The notes under the pieces are model-generated. The model was not told the DNA's origin. It saw only the letters and a list, made by a program, of their open reading frames with translations, and did no database searches. A stretch of 56,085 nt of DNA, counting the filler, from Platydemus manokwari (taxonomy: Eukaryota): NCBI GenBank assembly GCA_037951405.1. It is 5 parts of 5 records of this genome, joined end to end, with 100 filler letters (N's around TTAATTAATTAA, not from the genome) between each part and the next. Parts side by side here need not be neighbours in the genome. Positions count along the whole stretch, not along the records: positions 19,383 to 29,871 come from JBBMOY011129996.1; positions 29,972 to 45,616 come from JBBMOY011262540.1; 3 more parts are not named here. One strand, written 5' to 3'. Positions 27,640-39,225 of the stretch are shown here, piece by piece. How positions within the stretch are numbered: position 1 is the stretch's first letter; every line of letters begins with the position of its first letter. Both the position numbers and the translations under genes were made by a program.

Positions 27640-27730
27640 TATTTCTTGTAATAGATGTAATTTCGAAGAAACTGCACAAGAGCATATGCGCTACACAAGT
27701 GCCGTATTTTCTGACGCATGAATCAAAGAA
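27640..27730 (+). mobile_element. Possible LINE C-terminal zinc-knuckle remnant
   Basis: CNRCNFEETAQEHM resembles the CxxC...ETxxH motif of non-LTR ORF2. The flanking frames are broken. Confidence 0.3.
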
Positions 27731-29317
27731 GATTGAATGATAAGTAGATATCATAAATATCATAAATATTAAAAAAAAACAGTTCTAAAGATAATTATCT
27801 CGGGAAATCTATGCGCAAATGGATGAAAAGAAAGATACTGTAACCAATAATGTAATGAAAACTGGTAGGTTTTTTGTCAATTTAGGTAAAACCCAAATTA
27901 TGAGATGTGAGCGATTTTTTAAATTCAATGACAAGATAACAATGAGTGAATTATCAAAGCTATAGAAATATATTGAAAAAGACTGCAGTACCAATGAGAA
28001 CAGAGAGAAATCATAATGGGGAAACAAAATTTTAATAACAATTTGAAACAGCTGAAAATTTTCTTGGTTTATTGGAATGTTATACCTTTCTAGCAATTTC
28101 CGTTTTATTAAACAATTCATTCATGAAAACAATCTTTCTTGTCATTAATTATTAGTTTGTTGGTCAATTTGTTTTTGAACATCATGAATTATTTATTTAC
28201 TTTAAATAATTAATAAATTGAAAGAAAAAATCTGAATACCAGCCATCTATTTAATATTTATGCCTGACAAAATGAATAAGTATCGTGAGATTTTATTCAA
28301 ACCATTCCAAAAATTACTTTTCAATAATCCAAGTTTGATGGAAATTATATTGTTGGTATTTTTCATTTGTGGGAACTTGAAGGTTATAATGACTTTTCCT
28401 AAAGTAAAAATTTATTTTAATAAGCTACTTAAGATAAATAAAAGATTTCGAAATTCATGTATCGTTGGTGTTCAATTAATCGATCACTAGACAATGGATA
28501 AAATAGATCTATCGATAATCAGATATCGTATTAATCTAAATAGATCGCAAACCTTTTCTTCTCGGGATATTGAAATAAAGCGGGCTTGTTGATTTTCGAG
28601 AAATTATATGTCGTCTTATATTCGCGGATTTTATACTTGAATATATTAGGACTACTTTAATATATAAGAATTATACATGTGACACAAGATTGTACTGAAC
28701 GGGGATAGATTACAAAAATACGAGTTTATTAGTTTTTAAAATAAATTGATCAAGAGTAGATTTTATAATATAAAATTTTATTTAAATAATTTAGCTTAAA
28801 TAGGTAAAATGAGCATTAAAATGAAGACGACGATTAAAGACAAATTAATTTGAAAGGAATTTCAGTGATATTTTATTTAATAGATTTTAAATTTATTTAA
28901 CTTATAAGTTCAAATATTTTGAATATGAATGCAATCCAACATCGGCTTAATACCACCTTAATGGAAAGTTTATTTGTAGTAATATTTTAAAACCAATTTT
29001 TTTAAAAAGAATTTATTTATAAATTGATTTAATAAATCATATTTCATTGGGTATTCTAATTAAATAAAATGAAAATGATATACTGATAATTGCAAGTAGA
29101 AGGAAATTTCAACACCTTGATCATATTGATCGACTTTCGGTCGATTGGTCCGTATTCCTTTGTCTATCGGGAATATATACAAATTATCTTACAAGACCTT
29201 ACAAAACATAAAATAGAAAACAACCAAAAAACTGCCTGTTGAAAATCACGTAAAAGTCAAGAATAGAACACAGATTACCGTCCAAGCAAGACTGGCAGTT
29301 ACTCATGGAAGCTAACA

Positions 29318-29451
29318 ACTCACTCAACCAAAATTAGCCAATTGCTATTATGTGTTTATTTTTTTAATCTTATTAATATTAAGCTAGATTGCAGAAAGAG
29401 AAATTTATTTATTTATATATATCGCAATTAGCTAATTTTGGTTGAGCGAGT
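29318..29451. mobile_element. Small Tc1-like MITE with 28-bp terminal inverted repeats
   Basis: ACTCACTCAACCAAAATTAGCCAATTGC (29318-29345) matches the reverse complement of 29424-29451 at 26/28 positions, with an AT-rich 78-bp interior. Confidence 0.6.
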
Positions 29452-29871
29452 CTATGGAAAAAACATTCACTAGTGACAATAAACAACTCAAAAATAAAGT
29501 GAAAGTTTTAATATGAATAACTGACAAAACAACTCTTAATTTCAATTGAATTTAAGAAAATTAATTATTGGATTTAATTATTTTCAATTGATTTGCTTTA
29601 ATAAACTTAATTGGTATCAATTTTTGACTTAAGTTAAGAAAAAGGTCCTTTGACCTATTTTCCTTATAATGAATTTTCGGGCATCAGATAATTTTATAAC
29701 TTAATTTTATGTATAACTGCTATGTTTGATTTATTCATACAATTCAGTTAATATCTCATTTTTAAGATGTCTAATAGTGACAAAACATAGTTTTAAACCA
29801 AATTCCCATTCTAATCACAACACTTCTATATGATTATTTGAGTTTTTAAATTTAAATTTTTATAATTATAA

Positions 29872-29971
29872 NNNNNNNNNNNNNNNNNNNNNNNNNNNNN
29901 NNNNNNNNNNNNNNNTTAATTAATTAANNNNNNNNNNNNNNNNNNNNNNNNNNNNNNNNNNNNNNNNNNNN
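29872..29971. other. Artificial contig linker
   Basis: N-run with central TTAATTAATTAA, 100 nt. Confidence 0.98.
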
Positions 29972-30046
29972 TGATTTGCTACAGCACACACACACAAGTG
30001 TTTACATCTGGTGTCAAATTCCGGTTATTAAGTTATAGACCCAATA
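29972..30046 (-). mobile_element. Mariner-like element end (TA + TIR), pointing out of the contig
   Basis: Inverted copy of 45544-45616, differing by one CA unit. On the minus strand it reads TA-TTGGGTCTATAACTTAATAACCGGAATTT, a mariner-style terminus. Confidence 0.65.
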
Positions 30047-30549
30047 TCTAATCTTTTTATATTCTTTACATATTCTCTATATAGTATCACATCACATCTT
30101 TCTACTTCTTTTCCTGAATATACAGTCATCAATCTTCTCAGAATCGAATCCAGATGCGTGGTCGCCATGTAGGCCGCTATTATTTAAAAGAACGCATCGA
30201 AAACGAACAGTAAAAGACTCGACATTCAATTTTATTCAAAGACAATTATTTAAACAAAATAAATAAAATTTAATATCAAATTATATTCAATATAAATTCA
30301 AATTCAATATAAACTCAAATTTAATAAAAATTCAATTTGATATCCTCACAAATGGTATAAATTGTATGAATTACATGAAAGTTAAGAGCACTAACTAACA
30401 TTTTAATTTCTGTTAATCAATAAAGTTCGGACAAAATGCCGCTTTAAAACTCGATATGTTGTTGAAGTACATTTCTAAAATGAGTTCCTCATCACATCTG
30501 TGTCACACTCAGACTGGCAAAATATTTCAACTAGGATTGTTTGATTAAA

Positions 30550-31135
30550 AGGAGATAAGAATGGACATGAACCGGTATCCACGAGAACATTTATAAATCA
30601 ACTTTAAATCTTCTGTCAGTGACTTCCCGAGAATGAAGGAAGTTTTCACATTTTTCGAGTATAATAGATATGTGCACTTTGCCGATCAATGTAAGCTTAC
30701 TGTGGCTAATGATAATATTTATAAATCTCGAAGCAACTTCACTTTCCAAATTTTTACAGGCAAAGGCTGAGCAAATGTAATGAAGCTATGTAAAATATGA
30801 GAAATTAAAGCCATGTAAAAATCGAATAACTGTAACATACTATGGAATTAGAAGAGCAAAGGATCTTCAGTATGATTAGAATCTGTAGAATAGAACACTC
30901 GGAATAAACTAGCCGGATTACGAAATTCGAATATTCAAAACAATGTCATCTATTTCAGTACAAAGTGAGTATAGGAAAATCGAGAAATTTGAGGTCACTG
31001 AATTTTCTGTGAACAGGCAAACACATATGTTTATATCCAAACCAGTCATTAGGAGAATTCTAAAATTTACTAACAGCAGAAGAATGGTTACTAAAAATCA
31101 ATCATGACCTACAGACAATTCTAAACTCCATTGCA
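30550..31135 (+). mobile_element. Decayed piggyBac-like transposase
   Basis: Ordered remnants: FPRMKEVF...RYVHFADQ...DNIYKSR (cf. M..RF..I.R.LHF.DN...D...KIR), NKLAG/YEIRIF (cf. NKPAKYGIKIF) and TDN-x-*T (cf. TDNFYTS). Several stops and frameshifts. Confidence 0.6.
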
Positions 31136-31358
31136 TGTATTTTGTCAGCAATCATTATATTTTTCATTGTTACAATAACTATGATTTCGATTTTAGATTT
31201 GACAGTCAATTCAACTGTCAAGCAACTTGAGTGTAAGCGAGATACAATTGATGATCCAACGCATAAATTATGTTCGACACATTTGGGATCATTTATTTTA
31301 ATATTGGTAATGTAAAAATCATTTTAGTCTATTAGCGTAAATTCATAATTGATGATTA

Positions 31359-31447
31359 TTATTATCGATATCATCATCTATTATCGATATCATCATCTAC
31401 TATCGATATCATCAATTATTATCGATATCATCATTTATTATCGATAT
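31359..31447. repeat. 19-bp minisatellite (TTATCGATATCATCATCTA), about 4.7 copies
   Basis: Units start at 31362, 31381, 31400, 31419 and 31438. Confidence 0.92.
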
Positions 31448-31899
31448 TGTAATTTAAGATGAAATTTTAATTCATTTTGGTTGTAATTGTAAGGTGAAGA
31501 CTGGCCATGAATTATAATGGCTAATTGTACACGCGTTAATTACACAAACATATACGGCGCATAAAAGATTTTAAACACAATAACACACTAATATTTATTC
31601 ATAAACATTGATATTCGAGATACCCATTCATTGAAATATGGGATGTACATGATTCCTACTTTCGATCGATCCATGAATCACAGTTCGCTAGTTCAATCTT
31701 GCAATCAATTCAATTTTATATTCAATTTTGTATCCGCCAACCAGTCGATGCTGTCTTGGAAATCTTTTTCCCTTATTTTTAAGGCTGTTTTTGTTGCTGT
31801 CCTCTCTCCCGTATGGAACTTTCATTGCAGATAGCTCGCATTTATATTCAACTTTAAGCAGGCAAGAGCTATTTTATTTTTCATTTTCTTGTTCATTCC

Positions 31900-32066
31900 T
31901 AATTTTTTAGGACTGTATCTTTCGTCTGTGTTTGCCAAGTTCCGATAAATCCTACAATGAAAGTGAACAGTTCAACAATCCAGTTAGGCCGCTTTTCTTT
32001 GATCGTATTTCAGTGGTCTGTGTACAGTTCTATATTCTTTTGAGCTCTTTCGTTCATTAAAGCCAT
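31900..32066 (-). mobile_element. Restriction-like endonuclease C-terminal remnant of an R2/NeSL-type retrotransposon
   Basis: MALMNERAQKNIELYTDH*NTIKEKRPNWIVELFTFIVGFIGTW fits the KxxKY...V...IVGSLGSW pattern at the end of RLE-encoding ORFs. Confidence 0.6.
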
Positions 32067-35000
32067 ATTAGAAAACTTTGACGACATTATTTTTAATGAA
32101 AATTGGGTAGTTGAGTGAATTTTTTAACCTTACTGATTCCGGTGTTGTGTTGATATCCGTGTCGAAACCTAACGATCTAAGATTTCTTTCTTATTATGAT
32201 TTCTTTTATTTTCTTCTTTTGTTATGTATTGTCTTCAATTTTTGTAAATAATAATAAATATTTTATATCTTTTAATAATCACGTTAAATATTCTTTCAAC
32301 AAATAAGAAGCACGGACTGGTCAATAGAATTGATTAGATAGCTATGCAACATTATATTGATAATATTTCTAAATTTATGAGCTAGATATGTTTTGCTGAT
32401 GATAAGATGGTCCACAGAATAAATAAAATATAGAATCTTATATTTTCGGGGAAATTAGAAAGATTTATTTTTAAATGAATTGAAAGAAAAGATAAAGAGC
32501 TTTTACATAAAAGCTAGCACATTTGGAATAATAAATCAATTTCCTCCAAATCTTTTTAATTCTGTAAATCTTGAATGATTTTCTTAAATATTTTTCAATT
32601 AAAATATTATTTCGCAAATAATGATTTTTTTACGACTGCTTTATACATGTCGATGCTGATCTATTGTTGATAATGTCAATCATTTGCTCTGATTTATCGA
32701 ATTTGTTCAAAGTTATTTTTCATCTTTATTTATCCAGTCACAGTTTATATTAAAATATGATCGACTTGAATTTTTCGTTTTTAAGTGATTTTCTATACTC
32801 AAAAAAATGTTGTGATACTCAAATGATTGCATCTCGATTTGTAGAATATCTGGATCAAAATCAACTTATTCTTTAAAATTAAATTTTGATTGCCAAAATG
32901 GGCTTTTGGCTCTGTCGAGATTGAAATAAGCAAAAATAATATTTTTGTATTTTCATCTTTTTTAAACTTAACTCCTTACTATCGTCCTATTCGTAATTCC
33001 TCTAATTCTAAATGGTCATTTGTCATATACATGTTAAGAGCTGCTTCATCTAAATGGAATTTCTCTTTCTTTCTTTAAAATACTGTTTGTGAATATATGC
33101 ACCACCGAAACGCTTCAAAAGCAATCTTCCATTTGACAGATAATCTCAGTGAGCCAAATTTCTATATTTCTTGGTTAGAAAAAACTTGAGATTTATTTGT
33201 TAAAAATAGTAACAAAATATTGTTATCATATCAAAATCTAGAGCTCTGATTGAACCTACATTTCCACATTTAATTTATTAACAATGTACCTAAGTGAGTA
33301 CAAAAAATATTCCCAATTGCATCGACCTCTCAATCTCCAAGGAAGAAGTTCCTGTTGTAGCAATCTTTGCAAATACCTGGGTCCGTTCATTTAATACATC
33401 TCACAACAAGATCTCATATCTTATGATCAAAATCTTGATTATATTGTTCGTGATTTTCAACGGATGATAGTGTGACATGGTTCGATAATTTAGATATCGA
33501 AAAGGTTCTGTGAGCTCTTTTGAGTAAACCTTTTGGATTTAATAAATCATTTAAAAGTATCAGAATTTTTGAACAAATTGAAAATATATGATTGCATCAT
33601 CAGCATAATTTGCAATTTTTCGACAGAAAATGTTGATGACTGTCCTTGGATTTTTTTCATGCATTGTAAAATTTCGTAAATAAATTATTGGTTAGAAGCA
33701 ATCAATTCTGTTTACGAGTTTGATGAATTGAAAATTAAATGTTTAAAAATTCACTTAAATCATTGTTTGATATAAATCACCAGCTTTGTCGTAATAAATA
33801 TTTTTAGGAGAGGTTTCAAAACTATGATCTTGATTAAGAACCACTGATTTTTTCTATGCAATTCAAATATCAAGAGACAAGAATATTCTTATTAGAATGA
33901 CTCGATAACACAAATTTAGTAGTAGAAACGTGAATCGTAATTCTATTGAAATTAGCTCCTTGATGATTATGTCTGATCTTGATATGCTTGATCTTTGAAA
34001 CATTGTACTAAACTTGAATAGCTTTTCCTTCTGAGATTATTCCGAGGTTATAAAATGCATTCGGCGAAAATGAAAACTTTGCCGTCAAGCACATTTAGTC
34101 CATTCTTTTATTCAACGTCTCTTATGTTTGTAAAGCTGTGGTTATGATTATTGATCCCATTTCCATTATAACTCTTATGGACAGTAACGAGAAATAATAA
34201 GATTGCCTTACCTGATTTTTAAAGCTAATGAGCTCGTGGTCAAAAGCTTCATTTATTTCGAGTGTGCTTTTGAAAAGATTAAGTAATTTGTATTTGATTT
34301 GGTAAAGAATCTGATATAACAAGTAAATATGATGAATGGTTTTGTGATGATTATAATATTATTTTATAGAATCAAGTCAAAGGTATATTTTCAAAAAGCT
34401 TTAAATAATTTTACAAATTATGACGTGCGTTGGAACATGTTTTGCTGTTATAATTTATTGGAAGTAAAAAATTAATTTGTGAGGCGATTAAAAATGGATT
34501 TGTCCATATAATTCGATCGACTGAAAAATCTTAGAATCTTGGTATCTATTTATCGCATCCAAAGGCTTAAATATGAGAAAAATATTGATTATGGTTTGGA
34601 AATCTAAATATTTCTTCTTAGAAGGTTATGTCACAGCATTTGTACTGAATTTTGAACAAGCATTTATAAGAAATTAAAGAAGCCGACAACTGATAAAAAT
34701 TCGTCAATTTGTGTTGGTTATTTCGAGAACTCAATCAAATTCGTCAGCTTTTCTATCATCAAACATGATATTCACTTGATCTATGGTTATCTGATATCTG
34801 AAAACTTTTGATTAAAGCCAATCAATAAATGAATTACCACTTAACTTATCCCAAATAACATCATCATATAGTATAAATCAATAGGCACACTCATTTAAAC
34901 TGAAAAAACTTGTTAATATAAAATATATTTTTAAATACAGGTATGTAAATCTATTTTTAAAAAATAGCACAAGAATAATTTGTGCTTGTGCAAGTCGTAT

Positions 35001-37169
35001 ACAAGGGCTTGTATTAGATAATAGAATACTTTAGCTAGGATGTTACGAATTCAGTACAAAAATAGTTCTTCTGCTCAAGTGAAAAGATAAAATGTGAATT
35101 GAAATAAAAGTAATGAGATAACACGGGCTTGCAAGTGCTGAAGATCTATTAAATAAAGAAATGGTCGTCATAAATGTAGAAGCTATAAGAATCTAGACAA
35201 TTGATTAATGAACCTGAAATTTTAAAACTGTGGCTACTGGATCATTTGACGTCGAAAGATTCCTGCTTCTACTCTACATCATTTCTGTAAGTTACTAGTC
35301 TCAGAAACTCGTGTTAACAAATATTTGTTCTCATTTTAACAATGTAATGTTCATGTTCATGTTTATGAATGACAAATTAGAGATTATATTGATATTAAAA
35401 ATTTCGTTGACCACTTAAATAAAATTAAAATTTTCAAATGGTTTCAGCTTTAAAATAAAATTGCAAATGACGTTATTATGCTTGGATATTTATAATATTC
35501 GAATAGCATTGGGAAATTTAATGTGCAATTGATTATGATTTGAAATTTAATTGGTCGAAATGGGGTAAATACAGGCCTCTACATTTCTAAAAATTTATAA
35601 ATTATTGAATGAAATCCATTTATTCCCAAGATTTTGCTTCTGTGACCATGTTTGATATTCCTGAATGTTTGAATAACCTTAGCTGCTAGTTTTTGGGGCA
35701 TTATCCCCTGATTTATAATTTTAATATCTTGTCTTCTTTCGTGTTCCCACAAAATGAACTCCAAAGTAATTTTAATAAATCAATAACAAGAACATCATCA
35801 TTTAAATTTGATTTATTTCGCTATTTTTATAAATTTCTGAAAAATACCAAAACAGCATTTCAGTTTTTCAAAAAATAATTTGATGTGAATCTCTTACAAG
35901 TGCCATGTCTTGATCAATACAGAAATACGCTTTATCGAATCAAATATTCAGATTCATATTCATCAAATGTTTCGAGAAAATGGTAGCAATATTATTATAA
36001 TGATGTTCCCATCTTTATGTTAGAGGTGAGGTGCGGATAATCATTTATTCGACGACAATTCATACTTTGGAAGGCAGGAATGACATAAATTATTTCTTGT
36101 CTAACAAATCAAATCAAAATTTTACGATAAAACTAAAGTTTTATTTAAATCATGTCTGTTATTAATCAATATTTATCAATTATTTAGCTGAAATATTTTC
36201 AATAAAAATGATATTTAATCAATAAAACACTTTTAATTTCCAATCAATCAAAATATTTCCTCATTTTCAAAAATAAATTTATTAGCCTGATTTGTTGAAT
36301 CACGTCGTCCACAACAATTATTTTGAAAACTCTCAAAAAAGCCTTGAATAAATTTTCGTCCATTATTGATTCTGGTATTTCCAATATTGAAGATCAGCTG
36401 AAATAAAATCATCTTTTATAATAATTAATGTTAAAATTTATGATAATTATCTGTTAACAATAAATTCACTCATACTGCAACCCTACATTACAAACATCAT
36501 CCATGACACTGAAATCATAGCTACATGTCCACAATAAACTGAATAACCAAGGAAATTCAGTTAATCTGATATCATTTATCCTCTCCAAACAAAGCGGTAA
36601 TTTATTTTATTTCAAATGATTTATTTTATTTATCACATCATTAAACTTGGCCTCACAATTAGTGTTTTCATTGGCTTATCATTTCTTTTGATTCTCATCT
36701 CATATTAATAGTATCGGATCGATAATTCAGAAATCATCAATAATTAATAACAAACATTAATCTTGTTTTAATATTTTAATTTGTCTACGCATTGTGTTAC
36801 GTAATCATTCCAGATTAATACTCCCAATTCAATGAGGATTTCTGGAGTTGTGGTAATTCTTTACCTCCACAATATGAGAAAATTCGAGCTTTCAAATGGG
36901 ACCAAAGTATTTTCTCTAACCTTTTCCAATGTAAGTTTTTTCAAAGATTTTAATATGATATGCCCAAATCTTTCATTAAAATTAACAATTTATTGATCTA
37001 CAAAATGTCTACAATTTATTATTATTTTATTTTAATATAATTTTTCCATATCATTTATCCGAGTTTGACATATTTTGACATATCTCCGTCTTCTCTGGTG
37101 ATACATTGGTAAATTTTGACGCCAAGTTCTCCGTACTATCATTTGGAAATTTACAGTGGTGAACATTTG

Positions 37170-37520
37170 GATTTACGCATATCTTATGGACTCATGAATT
37201 TTGTTCCACCACGAGTGTTTCTTTTCTCTGTTCCCTGATGGGAGTTTAACCAGTTTAATGATTTCACAAATTTTTGATCAGATGCATTTTGGAGGGATTC
37301 CTTTGCAATTTCCTAATGATTTTCTGCTTACTGTTTGGGATTAGGATTGCTAGTCCGTTTGGCGTTGATTGAATTGTGAATTCAGCTTCGATGCTTTGCA
37401 ATCCGTTTCATTTCGTAGAATATAAGACGTATGATGAGCAGCATTTTGGTACACCGATCATCTTTTAGTATTTTCCGCATTTGGGTGTCTATCTTCTCCA
37501 GCTTGGTATATGTAACATAG
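37170..37520 (-). mobile_element. Post-RT thumb remnant of an R2/NeSL-type retrotransposon
   Basis: TKLEKIDTQMRKILK/MIGVPKCCSSYVLYSTK*NGLQSIEAEF (frameshifted) fits the L..LD..IR...K..L.LP......LY....GL pattern. Confidence 0.6.
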
Positions 37521-37621
37521 TATGTACAGGCGAAAAGAATCACTTTGCTATAAATAAACATATTATAGGCTTGGAGTTTTTGTTAGGGCAGTAGAATACA
37601 TTTGATGGAGTATCGTGGTAC

Positions 37622-38001
37622 TTTTACGATTTTTGAATTTTTTATTTTTTTTCAAAAATTCAAAAAATCTCGAAAAATCTATAATTTTAAAAAATTTTCA
37701 TATCATAAGACATCTCCTAGATATTGATTACCCCATTGTCTAATTCATTTATTTTTTCGACGAGTTTTAACGATTTTTGAATTTATTTTTTTTCAAAAAT
37801 TCAAAAAATCTCGAAAAATCGATAATTTTAAAAAATTTTCATATCATAAGACATCTCCTAGATGTTGATTACCCCATTGTCTAATTCATTTATTTTTTCG
37901 ACGTGTTTTAACGATTTTTGAATTTATTTTTTTTCAAAAATTCAAAAAATCTCGAAAAATCGATAAGACATCTCCTAGATGTTGATTACTCCATTGTCTA
38001 A
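37622..38001. repeat. Tandem repeat of about 141-144 bp, about 2.7 copies, near-identical
   Basis: ACGATTTTTGAAT recurs at 37626, 37770 and 37911. The third copy has an internal deletion. Each unit contains the inverted motif TTTTTGAATT...AATTCAAAAA. Confidence 0.93.
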
Positions 38002-38909
38002 ATCATTTAATAATTCGAATCAATAAGACAACTTCAATGATTCAAATCTTACCTTATTTCAGTCTGTCAAAAGCAAATTAATGGATATCGACCAAAAATC
38101 TGACTCTTCACAGAAATAAGGTTGTGGTAATAAATAATGTATATTGATAATAACAAATATGAATAACGAATAATACTTTTATTGATGATCAAATATACAA
38201 TGTATTATTAGCTAAATTAAAAGTAGAAGCTTTAGGCGGAGTGTCTGAGTGCTCCCTACTCCGAATAAAAATAAAGAAATGATTAATGGCTTTAGATCTA
38301 CAAACTTTAAAGACTTTGTAAATTGCAGTTTACTGTTTTCCAACTAATCCCCTGCCTGAGAGTGATGAAAAAGTAATAATGACATGCATGAGAAAAGGCT
38401 TACCATTTCGGATAAAATAAATTTAAATATGAATTCCAATGCTTGCGAAATGTTCCGAATGAGATTCTGATTTAGCAATATGAGTTGCTATCTGAGAATA
38501 ATGAAATGATAGTAAATCGCTGGTTATTTGATAGAAAATTTTTTGTGCGTCTATTTCTAAAACTCACTAGTTTATATACTATTGCTCACGAGTTGCTGAC
38601 TGAGCGTAAAAACACATAGTCATGTTTCATCGGAGATTCCTGACGTTGCCATGGTTTTATTGCGGAATAATTCAAGTTTCCATGACAATGTGTGATTTTG
38701 TCATATTAATTATAAATTAGTCACGGCTGACTAATTGTAACTGATGATTAATTCAACATGTTGTTAAGCGTTTTTGTTTTTAATTTTTTGTAATTTAATA
38801 TTATTTTTTTTATTACCTATTTTTATTTTTATGTTATCTGTATTATATCCGACAGTCTGCAAGTTTTTCTGATAAGGCCTTTTCGTTCCACTTCAGGATT
38901 CGATTGAAT

Positions 38910-39225
38910 TGTACAAATTAAGGGAAAGGTTGACCCCTAAATATCTGTTGTGTTCTTCTAATTGCACTTGCGCGATTTGCTGCCCATTGATTTCTCAGCT
39001 ATTGTTTTGATTGTTCATTGTTTTGACTTCATGTTCCACAGTTGAAAGCTTTTGTTTGATTTCAACTTCATGCCTTATTGATTCACGATTGGCAGAGATC
39101 GATTGATTAACATCTGACAACCTTTGCTAGTGTTGCAGATAATTGAAATGTCATCCATATAGGCTAGTGATATAATCCTTTGGCATTCAAGCATGATTCC
39201 AGAGCTTTTTGAGATTGGGGTTTGA
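38910..39225 (-). mobile_element. Non-LTR retrotransposon reverse transcriptase core (domains 5-7), pseudogenised
   Basis: One frame reads GIMLECQRIISLAYMDDISII...*GMKLKSNK...INGQQI...RYLGVNL. Catalytic YMDD is at 39161-39150, and there are two in-frame stops. Confidence 0.85.

Noticed and set aside
31359-38001. Tandem arrays as CRISPR-like repeats
   Set aside because: The units are head-to-tail without unique spacers, there are no cas genes, and the context is eukaryotic.
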